Source: an uncultured Rikenellaceae bacterium
Lineage (GTDB): Bacteria > Bacteroidota > Bacteroidia > Bacteroidales > VadinHA17
Direction: 5' to 3'
Length of the DNA stretch: 64,000 nt
Assembly (NCBI GenBank): GCA_964429295.1
Contig: CAYSBL010000009.1
Span: forward strand, 1,448-65,447
This document shows positions 10,100 to 18,256 of this stretch, piece after piece. The translations under genes and the position numbers were made by a program. The notes under the pieces were generated by a model that made no database searches, was not told the origin of the DNA, and saw nothing but the letters and a program-made list of their open reading frames with translations. How positions within the stretch are numbered: the first letter of the stretch is position 1; every line of letters begins with the position of its first letter.

Positions 10100-11374
10100 T
10101 TACCTCTTATATGTTCTTCTCTTGCTCATCAGATCTTCGATGACGTCATCCACAACCACCATCCCCTGCAGGAGGTTTTCACGATCGACAACAGGGACGG
10201 CCAGCAGATTGTATTTTGAAATGGTTTCGGCAATATCATCTATCCTCTGATCATCATAAAGGAAGACCGGCAGGGGTTTCATGACATTGCTCAGAACAGT
10301 TTCCGGTTCAGCAATAATGAGGTCGCTCAGGCTGAATGCCCCTACCAGCTTGTCATCCTCCTCCGTGACAAAAAGAGAATACAGTTCGGAAGGTTCGGGT
10401 TTTTTGCTCCTGAGTTCCCTGATAACCTCCTCCACCGTCAGCTCCGACCTGAATGACAGTACATCGGTGGTCATGAGCCCGCCGGCAAGGTTGTCGGGGT
10501 ATTCAAGGAGTTCCCTGACCTCCTGAGACAATTCACTGTCCATCTCCTTCAGAAGGAGTTCAGCCTTCTCATCCTCAATCTCATCCAGGATGTCGGCAGC
10601 CTCATCAGCAGGCATCTTTTCCAATACATCAGCAGCCTTGGTAACAGGAAGGCTTTCAATTATATGAACCTGCGTCTCAGTATCCATCTCCTCAAGGACA
10701 TCTGCAGCCTTTTCCTCATCGAGGGCAGAAAAAACCGAAGTACTCGATTTCCTGCCAAGATCCTCCAGTATATCGGCAAGGTCCGATGGATGAAGAGTGT
10801 GGAGTTTTGCGTAACTCTTTGAAAGCTTGATATTGAAATTGGAGAAGTCAATTGCCTGAACATCGTCCCAAAGGATGTATTTGGACGGGATCTTCATCCT
10901 TAAGAGGGAAAGAACTCTTTGCATCGGTATAAGTATCCCAATCCTGCGAAGCAATCCGGCAATACCTATATCAACCGCTACTGCAAAAGTTCCGGTTGGC
11001 AGGGTTGCCAGCCTCACGTCATTGACCCGGACCAGCTTCCTGCCGTTAAGGTCAACAATCTGCTTGTCCTGAATGTTTTCAACCAGAAGCAGGCCCTCCG
11101 AAACCTCGTCGCCGCTCAACTCAATGAGATCATAGCAAGTCACATTGATGTTCTCTCGTACCTTTACAACTCTGAAGGTCGTGAAGGAATACAACTTCGT
11201 CTCCTTTCCGATCTTCAGCTTGATTCCGGTTATCATCTGCTGGTGGGGATTATTCTGTCCCGAGGGAACAGCATTTACCATGAGATCCCTGATCACGCCG
11301 ATAACATCACCGTCGGCTCCGAAAACCTCCTTTCCGGTAATTCCGCTTAAATAAAAAGTTGTAAGTGATGTCAT
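10100..11374 (-). CDS. Soluble MgtE N-domain + CBS-pair protein with N-terminal PRC-barrel-like region; no TM domain
   Basis: LHPSDLADILEDL, acidic MgtE-N repeats, AGGLMTT and KYNLLAVPVVD CBS motifs. Start moved to ATG 11374, which sits 5 nt after GGAGG. Confidence 0.88.
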   Translation of the reverse strand: MTSLTTFYLSGITGKEVFGADGDVIGVIRDLMVNAVPSGQNNPHQQMITGIKLKIGKETKLYSFTTFRVVKVRENINVTCYDLIELSGDEVSEGLLLVENIQDKQIVDLNGRKLVRVNDVRLATLPTGTFAVAVDIGIAGLLRRIGILIPMQRVLSLLRMKIPSKYILWDDVQAIDFSNFNIKLSKSYAKLHTLHPSDLADILEDLGRKSSTSVFSALDEEKAADVLEEMDTETQVHIIESLPVTKAADVLEKMPADEAADILDEIEDEKAELLLKEMDSELSQEVRELLEYPDNLAGGLMTTDVLSFRSELTVEEVIRELRSKKPEPSELYSLFVTEEDDKLVGAFSLSDLIIAEPETVLSNVMKPLPVFLYDDQRIDDIAETISKYNLLAVPVVDRENLLQGMVVVDDVIEDLMSKRRTYKR

Positions 11375-11375
11375 A

Positions 11376-11413
11376 GTCACCTCCTTTCTTTTACTGATAC
11401 AGAAAGAGGTGAC
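11376..11413 (-). promoter_or_regulatory. Shine-Dalgarno-sequestering hairpin
   Basis: Minus strand GTCACCTCTTTCT-(11-nt loop)-AGAAAGGAGGTGAC pairs fully apart from one bulged G; covers the SD of the MgtE-N gene. Confidence 0.8.
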
Positions 11414-11434
11414 CAGCTGACTGGTCCGGCTCCT

Positions 11435-11479
11435 CTATATCAGAGAGTTAAATAATATACTCGCAGGGCCGTCGTCCAT
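11435..11479 (-). CDS. Putative 14-aa leader peptide MDDGPASILFNSLI
   Basis: ATG GAC GAC GGC CCT GCG AGT ATA TTA TTT AAC TCT CTG ATA TAG. The stop overlaps the AGAGG arm of an alternative hairpin. Not in the ORF track. Confidence 0.6.
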   Translation of the reverse strand: MDDGPASILFNSLI

Positions 11480-11603
11480 AAGGATATGAAAATTTGTTCG
11501 CGGCGTAAAAGTAAACTCCCGAAAAGGAAATTCCAAATAAAAACCTAAGAAAGTTGAACTGAATTGAAAGGGAAAACAGAGGAGTAAAATTTGGGAACCA
11601 GGA

Positions 11604-12089
11604 TCAACCTGCCTCAGCCATTCCCGTTTTCCTGAGCAGCAGGATTATCTTCAGCGCCTCATCGGCATGCTTCTGCACTCTTGTCTGAGAATTGAATATA
11701 TAAACAATCCTGCCCGATTTGTCAGTAACAAAGGTTACACGGCCGGGTATCAGCCCGAACATATTTGAAGGCACGCCAAACAGCTTTCTTACCACATCAC
11801 CTGTGTCGCTGAGCAAGGTGTAGTTCAACCTGTTCAGTTCTGCAAACTCCTTATGACTTTCGACCGATTGCCCGCTTATTCCGATAACCACGGCATCATT
11901 TTCATCGAAAACATCATTTATATCCCTGAAATAACAGGCTTCCCTTGTGCAGTAAAGACTTCCGTCCTGAGGATAAAAGAAAATGACCAGTTGTTTCTTC
12001 CCGATAACATCCTTTATTTTGAAAATTTTCCCATCCTGGTCAGGAAGGGAAAACTCAGGGATCATGTCTCCTACTTTCAGTGATTTCAT
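11604..12089 (-). CDS. bcp: Peroxiredoxin, BCP/PrxQ type
   Basis: LKVGDMIPEFSLPDQDG, FFYP..YCTREAC (CxxxxC), GRVTFV. Start moved to ATG 12089. Confidence 0.88.
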   Translation of the reverse strand: MKSLKVGDMIPEFSLPDQDGKIFKIKDVIGKKQLVIFFYPQDGSLYCTREACYFRDINDVFDENDAVVIGISGQSVESHKEFAELNRLNYTLLSDTGDVVRKLFGVPSNMFGLIPGRVTFVTDKSGRIVYIFNSQTRVQKHADEALKIILLLRKTGMAEAG

Positions 12090-12179
12090 ACTCCGGCAAT
12101 TTAGCAAAAAAATACATTTCCCAAAATTTCGGGCCGGCAGTTTCAACAGACACCATCCTTATGATTAAGTTCATGCAAT

Positions 12180-13742
12180 ATGGAAACAATAATTCATAAT
12201 TTTGAATCGCCGGAGAGGTACATAAAAAACAACAGGATGCAGGATCTTGAAAAGCACTTTGACCAGTTCAGAAAGGAAATTGTAGGCCTTGACGCTTATA
12301 TAGATACGCCTTACGGAAGAAAGAAACTGGTGTACGCCGACTGGATAGCAAGCGGCAGGCTTTACCGTTCCATAGAGAGAAGGTTAAGCGATGATATAGG
12401 TCAGATGGTGGGAAATACCCACTCCGAATCATCTGCGACCGGAAAAGCAATGACGGATGCCTATCACATGGCACAGAAGATAGTGAAACATCACGTCAAT
12501 GCCGACGAAAATGATATAATAATCTTCACCGGAACCGGAATGACATCGGCAATTGCAAAACTGCAGAGAATACTTGGACTGAAGGTGCCTGAACAAGCTA
12601 TCAACTATTGCGTTTTCACCCATGGAGAATACAGAAACTGCCGCGAGATACCCAATGAGAACCGTCCGGTGGTTTTCCTTACCCATGCCGAACATCACTC
12701 AAACCACACATCATGGTTTGAAACGCTTGCCGAAGTGGTAGTTCTCGAACCGGCTGACGGATTGAGAGTGGATCCCGGAACACTCCGGTCGAAAATACAG
12801 AGGTACAGGGACCGGCCCCTTCTCATAGGTTCATTCACTGCATGTTCCAATGTCACCGGGTATCAACCGCCGTACCATGAACTTGCAAGGATCATGCATG
12901 AGCACAACGGATACTGCTTTGTCGACTTCGCTGCCTCGGCTCCTTATGTTGATATAAACATGCATCCGTCTGACAGAATGGAGCAGCTCGACGGGATATT
13001 CTTCTCACCCCACAAATTTCTCGGTGGACCCGGAAGTGCAGGAGTGCTGGTGTTCAACAAACAGTTGTACAGAAATGAGACACCCGACACACCGGGAGGC
13101 GGAACAGTAAAATGGACCAACCGCTGGGGAGGGTATAGTTACATCAGCGACATTGAGGTCAAGGAAGACGGAGGAACACCCGGATTTCTGCAGGGCATAA
13201 AAGCTGCAATGGCTATCACCCTGAAGGAAAAGATGGATATCGGAAAGATAAGGGAAAGGGAGGAATATCTTGTAAGCCTTGCCTTCAGGAAACTTCAAAT
13301 GATCAAAGGTTTGCACATCCTGGCTGAGAATATTACAGACAGGCTGGGAGTATTTTCATTCTATTACGACAATGTCCATCACAACCTCGCAACAAAGCTG
13401 CTGAACGACAGGTTCGGCATACAAGTAAGGGGAGGTTGCTCCTGTGCAGGTACTTACGGCCATTTCCTGCTCAATGTCGATTTCCAGCTCTCAAGGGAGA
13501 TCACCGAGAGAATAGATGCTGGCGACCTGTCGATGAAACCAGGCTGGGTAAGGCTTTCACTTCATCCCACCATGACTGAAGCGGAACTCCGATACATCAT
13601 TGAGGCTATTGAACAGGTTGCTGAAAATGCCGGTGAATGGGCAAAGGATTACTGTTACAACAATCACACAAACGAATTTCACCATATAACGTACGAGGAT
13701 ACCAGCTTGGCAAATTCGATGAAGTGGTTTGAAATTGACTGA
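12180..13742 (+). CDS. PLP-dependent class V aminotransferase (cysteine desulfurase-like)
   Basis: YADWIASG, EHHSN, DFAASAPY, SPHKFLGG (PLP Lys), RGGCSCAG. The start could be 12237. Confidence 0.88.
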   Translation: METIIHNFESPERYIKNNRMQDLEKHFDQFRKEIVGLDAYIDTPYGRKKLVYADWIASGRLYRSIERRLSDDIGQMVGNTHSESSATGKAMTDAYHMAQKIVKHHVNADENDIIIFTGTGMTSAIAKLQRILGLKVPEQAINYCVFTHGEYRNCREIPNENRPVVFLTHAEHHSNHTSWFETLAEVVVLEPADGLRVDPGTLRSKIQRYRDRPLLIGSFTACSNVTGYQPPYHELARIMHEHNGYCFVDFAASAPYVDINMHPSDRMEQLDGIFFSPHKFLGGPGSAGVLVFNKQLYRNETPDTPGGGTVKWTNRWGGYSYISDIEVKEDGGTPGFLQGIKAAMAITLKEKMDIGKIREREEYLVSLAFRKLQMIKGLHILAENITDRLGVFSFYYDNVHHNLATKLLNDRFGIQVRGGCSCAGTYGHFLLNVDFQLSREITERIDAGDLSMKPGWVRLSLHPTMTEAELRYIIEAIEQVAENAGEWAKDYCYNNHTNEFHHITYEDTSLANSMKWFEID

Positions 13743-13829
13743 AAAGATGTTCCCTGCAAAAAGACTTGAATATTTTAAGACCGAAATGTAACTGCAGGTT
13801 TAAATTCACTATTTTTGTAATCCCGAATA

Positions 13830-13905
13830 CGGCCCGTAGCTCAGCTGGTAGAGCACGTGACTCTTAATCATGGGGTCGAGAGTTCGAGCCTCTCCGGGCC
13901 GACCA
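13830..13905 (+). tRNA. tRNA-Lys: tRNA-Lys (anticodon CTT), CCA encoded
   Basis: Full cloverleaf: acceptor CGGCCCG/CGGGCCG, D-arm GCTC/GAGC, anticodon loop CT-CTT-AA, T-arm GAGAG-TTCGAGC-CTCTC, A73, CCA. A TATTTTTG -7 box lies at 13810-13817. Confidence 0.97.
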
Positions 13906-13906
13906 G

Positions 13907-13946
13907 AAAAGCAGGCAATAGTATGATAAAAACTGCCTGCTTTTTT
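13907..13946 (+). terminator. Intrinsic terminator after tRNA-Lys
   Basis: AAAAGCAGGCA-N16-TGCCTGCTTTTTT. Confidence 0.8.
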
Positions 13947-14037
13947 AGCGGCAGATTATCCCATTTTATAAAGAACCAGATTTCAAAATAAATAACTTTA
14001 CCTGTGTTTCAGCCTGACAGGAGAGTCAGCAATCCGG

Positions 14038-14622
14038 ATGAACCAGATAAAACTTGCAGATATAACAGCCATAGTACTTGCCGGGGGAAAGAGCACCCGC
14101 ATGGGAGGATCTGACAAAAGCATGCTTCCGGTAAAAGGACTGCCCATGATACAGCATATCATAAGTCAGCTCATGGACCAGTTCAGGGAAATAATAATAA
14201 GCGGCGACCCGGAGAAATATGGCAAGCTTGGGCACAGAGTGATTCCGGACGAGATTAAAGGCAAGGGTCCTCTCATGGGAGTATATACATGTCTGGCAGC
14301 CTCGTCAACAGAACTGAATTTCGTGACCGCATGCGACATACCTGATATCAGTACGGAATTCATTCAAAATATGCTGTGGCAATCGGACGGATTTGACATA
14401 GTAATGCCTGTAAACAAGAATAATTATTATGAACCCCTTCATGCTGTTTACCGGAAAACGGTTCTGCCGTCAGCAGCGAAGCTCCTCGAGGAAGGGAAAC
14501 TGAAGCTGTCGGACCTTTCAAGTCTTGTCAGGACAAGGTTTGTCAGAATGGAAAGCTCCGTAAATTTTCCCAACCTCAATTACATGGAAGATTACGAAGA
14601 ATACAAAGGAAGAAAATCCTGA
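14038..14622 (+). CDS. mobA: Molybdenum cofactor guanylyltransferase
   Basis: IVLAGGKSTRMGGSDK, GPLMGV, ACDIP, EPLHAVY, NLN motifs. Confidence 0.85.
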   Translation: MNQIKLADITAIVLAGGKSTRMGGSDKSMLPVKGLPMIQHIISQLMDQFREIIISGDPEKYGKLGHRVIPDEIKGKGPLMGVYTCLAASSTELNFVTACDIPDISTEFIQNMLWQSDGFDIVMPVNKNNYYEPLHAVYRKTVLPSAAKLLEEGKLKLSDLSSLVRTRFVRMESSVNFPNLNYMEDYEEYKGRKS

Positions 14623-14812
14623 TAAAGAGCAGGTGCGGTATTGCTTCCTGAAAAATCAATCCAGGTTCATCTATATAATATTATAGGTACAGATCATGGC
14701 AGCGGTGATGAAACTTTGATAATGATTTCAGGCATCTGCCCCATCTGCCGGTTGAGAATTATTCTCTTTTACTATTATCTTGTTTCTGCTTTTAATTTGT
14801 TTATACATTTTA

Positions 14813-14844
14813 TTTGTTTTTACGAATTATTATCTTTAAATTTG
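14813..14844 (+). promoter_or_regulatory. Consensus Bacteroidota sigma-A promoter upstream of the Fur/PerR gene
   Basis: TTTG (14813-14816), 20-nt spacer, TAAATTTG (14837-14844). Confidence 0.7.
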
Positions 14845-14937
14845 TTCCCGCTTTTAAAAGTCAGGATCTTCAACATTTATTTAAGCAGAAACCATTCTGA
14901 AAAAAGACAAACCCTTTCACTCTAAAGCTACTTTATA

Positions 14938-15399
14938 ATGCCAGACAGAGCGATCATTAAAATCCTCACCGACAACAAGCTTAAAGTCACTCCCCAGAGA
15001 ACTGCCGTGCTCGAGGTGATCTGTAACCTGAACAACCACCCTTCCGCCGATAATATAATCGACTACCTGAGACTGAATTTCCCCCATATCCCCCTGAGCA
15101 CCGTCTATAAAATCCTTGACGTATTCGTGGAGAAAGGGATCGTTTCAAAAGTCAAAACTGATAATGATGTTATGCGTTATGACTTCGTCAGTGAGAAACA
15201 CCATCACCTGTATTGCGCCGAATCTGATCGTATCGAGGATTATTTCGACGAAAAACTTGATAAAATCATCGGGGATTACCTCCTGAAAAATCCGATCCCT
15301 GACTTCAGGATTAAGGATATAAGACTTCAGATTGTGGGAAACTTCACAAACAAGCCTGCAGAGTATTCAGTTTCAAATAAACTTTACTCTGTTGACTGA
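14938..15399 (+). CDS. Fur-family regulator, probably PerR-like
   Basis: LKVTPQR, HPSAD, STVYKIL, HHHLYC; directly upstream of a peroxiredoxin. Confidence 0.85.
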   Translation: MPDRAIIKILTDNKLKVTPQRTAVLEVICNLNNHPSADNIIDYLRLNFPHIPLSTVYKILDVFVEKGIVSKVKTDNDVMRYDFVSEKHHHLYCAESDRIEDYFDEKLDKIIGDYLLKNPIPDFRIKDIRLQIVGNFTNKPAEYSVSNKLYSVD

Positions 15400-15515
15400 T
15401 AATCCAAAAATGTGTTGTAAATTATATGGCGTTTTCTGGCGTATATCCCTGATCCTGAATATGACTCCTGAAAATTTAATTAAATCACTTTATTATTAAT
15501 ATAACAAAAATCATT

Positions 15516-16223
15516 ATGGAAGAAAACAAAACTAACGCAATGCCGAGAATCGGCGACAAGGCTCCGGAATTCAAAGCTGTTACCACCCAGGGCGAAATCA
15601 ACTTCCCTTCAGATTACAAGGGCAGCTGGGTCATCCTGTTCAGCCATCCGGCTGACTTCACTCCTGTCTGCACCTCGGAATTCATGACTTTTGCAAGCAT
15701 GGAAAAACAGTTCAACCAGGCAAACTGCAAACTCGTCGGTCTTTCCGTCGACGGTCTCTACAGCCATATCGCATGGCTTCGCACCATCAAGGAGAAAATT
15801 GAGTACAAGGGCATGAAGAACGTGGAGGTGAACTTCCCGCTTATCGAGGACATCACCATGGAGGTTGCCAACAAATACGGCATGCTTCAGCCGGGCGAAA
15901 GCTCAACAAAGGCTGTAAGGGCTGTGTTCTTTATCGATCCCAAGGGTATCATCCGTACCATTGTTTATTATCCTCTAAGCCTTGGCCGTAACTTTGACGA
16001 ACTTTACAGGGTTGTCATCGGACTGCAGACTGCTGATGAATTCTCGGTTGCACTTCCGGCTGACTGGCGCCCGGGCGACGATGTTATAGTTCCAACTGCC
16101 GGTTCATGCGGCGTTGCAAAACAGCGTATGGAGAGCAAGGATGAAATGACTTGCTACGACTGGTTCTTCTGTACTAAAAAACTCGATAAGGAGAAAGTTC
16201 TGAAGGCAGTCCTTAAAAAGTAG
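15516..16223 (+). CDS. Peroxiredoxin, Prx6 class with C-terminal cysteines
   Basis: SHPADFTPVCTSEF, GRNFDE, PADW, C-terminal CYDWFFC. Confidence 0.92.
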   Translation: MEENKTNAMPRIGDKAPEFKAVTTQGEINFPSDYKGSWVILFSHPADFTPVCTSEFMTFASMEKQFNQANCKLVGLSVDGLYSHIAWLRTIKEKIEYKGMKNVEVNFPLIEDITMEVANKYGMLQPGESSTKAVRAVFFIDPKGIIRTIVYYPLSLGRNFDELYRVVIGLQTADEFSVALPADWRPGDDVIVPTAGSCGVAKQRMESKDEMTCYDWFFCTKKLDKEKVLKAVLKK

Positions 16224-16251
16224 CAGAACAAAATTGAAACTGAACTGTTAA

Positions 16252-16346
16252 ACTCTGTGATCCTCCGTATTCCATTCATTTTTTTGAGTGATGCCCGAAA
16301 TTTAGGTATCCGGTTGAATTATGAAGCAAATACGGAGGCACAGGGT
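16252..16346 (+). repeat. Long-range inverted repeat between Prx6 and OsmC genes (possible terminator or processing stem)
   Basis: ACTCTGTG-AT-CCTCCGTATT (16252-16271) pairs with AATACGGAGG-CACAGGGT (16329-16346); a T-run follows. Confidence 0.55.
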
Positions 16347-16376
16347 ATTTTTTATTCGTTCTAACCAATTTAAAAA

Positions 16377-16766
16377 ATGATTGAAATTACTTTTGACGGC
16401 GGTAAAGTCGTTACGGCCCACTCTGGCAGCCATCTTATAAAAACCGATCAGCCTCTTGACAACGGCGGGGGAAATACCGCACCTGCACCTTTTGACCTGT
16501 ATCTGGCTTCCATCGGCACCTGCGCGGGAATTTATGTCAAATCATTCTGCGACAACAGACAAATTCCGGCAGAAAATATAAGGATCATTCAGACAACTGA
16601 ATTCAGCCAGGAAACACGCCTGCCTGTGTCAATAAAGCTCAACATCAAGCTGCCGCCTGATTTTCCTGAAAAATACAGGGAATCCCTTATAAACGTTGCA
16701 AACCTCTGCCTGGTGAAGAAATCAATAGCCAGTCCGCCGGAATTTCTTGTAACCGCTTCGTATTAA
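16377..16766 (+). CDS. OsmC/Ohr-family protein
   Basis: TDQP..NGG, APAPFDLYLASIGTCAG, C-terminal CLVKK. Confidence 0.88.
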   Translation: MIEITFDGGKVVTAHSGSHLIKTDQPLDNGGGNTAPAPFDLYLASIGTCAGIYVKSFCDNRQIPAENIRIIQTTEFSQETRLPVSIKLNIKLPPDFPEKYRESLINVANLCLVKKSIASPPEFLVTASY

Positions 16767-16800
16767 AAAAACTGGCCGGGCATCAACCCGGCCACTTTCT
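16765..16800. terminator. Bidirectional terminator between convergent osmC-like gene and xylA
   Basis: TGGCCGGG-CATCAA-CCCGGCCA with an A-run before and a T-rich run after. Confidence 0.75.
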
Positions 16801-16840
16801 TTACTTACAATCAGATACCCGAACAGTTGCAAATGCAATA

Positions 16841-18166
16841 CTATTCGATATACATGTTCAGCAACTGCTCGAGAAGTTCCTGTTTGCCGCTTCTTACTTC
16901 GGGTTCACCTGATTTCAGCGCAAGGTTTCTAAGGTCCTCCAGGCTGAGCTTACCCTTTTCAAAATCGTTGCCTTTACCCTTATCGAACGACTGGTACCTC
17001 AGCTTCCTCATCTTAAGGTAATCACTCTCCTTAAGAATCCTGTCAGCTGCAATAAGCGCCCTTGCAAAGGTATCCATACCGCTGATATGTGCAACGAACA
17101 GATCCTCGAGGTCGGTTGAATTCCTTCTGATGTGGGCATCGAAATTAATACCTCCGGTACTGAACCCTCCTGCCTGCAGTATAACGAGCATGGCCTCGGT
17201 TATCTCATATACATTGGTAGGGAATTCATCAGTATCCCATCCGTTCTGGTAATCGCCCTTATTGGCATCAATGCTTCCAAGCAGACCGTCGCATGCTGCA
17301 ACCTGAAGATCATGTGCAAAGGTGTGGCCTGCAAGAGTTGCGTGGTTGACTTCAACATTGAGCTTGAAATCCTTGTCGAGACCATAGTTCTTAAGGAAGC
17401 CTATAACCGTAGCAGCATCATAATCATATTGGTGCTTAGTGGGTTCCATCGGCTTTGGCTCAATCAGGAATGTTCCTTTGAAACCTTTCTTCCTTCCATA
17501 ATCACGCGCAGCCGACAGCATCATTGCCATATGGTCGAGTTCTCTCTTCATGTCGGTGTTATGAAGACTCATGTATCCTTCCCTTCCTCCCCAGAAGACA
17601 TAGTTTTCTCCTCCCAGTGCTATTGTGGCATCAATCGCATTCTTCAGCTGAACAGCTGCATTGGTCACGACTGCAAAATCGGGATTGGTGGCGGCTCCGT
17701 TCATATACCTCGGATTTCCAAACAGGTTTGCAGTTCCCCAAAGCAGCTTAACCCCGGTTTGTTCCTGCAGCTTCTTCATTACCGGGACAAACTTTTCAAG
17801 CCGTTTTTCAATATCAAAAACAGATCCGTCGTTCCCCACAACATCAACATCGTGGAAACAATAAAAAGGAGCGCCTATCTTGGTGATGAATTCGAATGCT
17901 GCATCAAGCCTGTTGCTGATCTTATCATCAAGCTTCATTTTACCCCACGGGAAAAAATGCGTCTCACTGCCAAACTGATCGGTACCGTCACCACAGAAAG
18001 AATGCCAGTAGGCAATGGCAAACCGCAGATGATCCTTCATAGTTTTTCCCGAAACAACCTGCTCGGGATTATACCATCTGAAAGCAAGCGGATTCTTCGA
18101 TTTCCTGCCTTCATACTCGATCTTCCCGATACCGGGATAGAACTCTTTTCTGCCTTTGTAAATCAT
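16841..18166 (-). CDS. xylA: Xylose isomerase (class II)
   Basis: [63 protein letters not shown]. Confidence 0.97.
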   Translation of the reverse strand: MIYKGRKEFYPGIGKIEYEGRKSKNPLAFRWYNPEQVVSGKTMKDHLRFAIAYWHSFCGDGTDQFGSETHFFPWGKMKLDDKISNRLDAAFEFITKIGAPFYCFHDVDVVGNDGSVFDIEKRLEKFVPVMKKLQEQTGVKLLWGTANLFGNPRYMNGAATNPDFAVVTNAAVQLKNAIDATIALGGENYVFWGGREGYMSLHNTDMKRELDHMAMMLSAARDYGRKKGFKGTFLIEPKPMEPTKHQYDYDAATVIGFLKNYGLDKDFKLNVEVNHATLAGHTFAHDLQVAACDGLLGSIDANKGDYQNGWDTDEFPTNVYEITEAMLVILQAGGFSTGGINFDAHIRRNSTDLEDLFVAHISGMDTFARALIAADRILKESDYLKMRKLRYQSFDKGKGNDFEKGKLSLEDLRNLALKSGEPEVRSGKQELLEQLLNMYIE

Positions 18167-18256
18167 ATCAGTAATTTTTGTTAATGTATTTCCTGGGCTG
18201 TTTACTACAAATTAAGTTATTAAAGTGCAAACTTTTAGACTAAAATTCAAATAATT

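Noticed and set aside
11420-11445. GGCTCCT word resembling the M-box riboswitch
   Set aside because: It is on the wrong strand for the transporter genes and the rest of the M-box consensus is missing.
13830-14040. tRNA as an integration site for an island
   Set aside because: No integrase, no repeated tRNA 3' end and no obvious compositional shift downstream.
14674-14685. TATAATATTATA palindrome as a Per box
   Set aside because: It has 6-0-6 spacing rather than 7-1-7, lies about 130 bp upstream of the predicted promoter, and the AT-rich context makes chance likely.
17132-18184. 350-aa plus-strand ORF (and similar long shadow ORFs such as 26042-26878, 30959-31543, 36964-37611, 39104-39712, 51484-52206)
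   Set aside because: They lie antisense to or overlap well-supported genes and show no recognisable motifs; typical codon-bias shadows.
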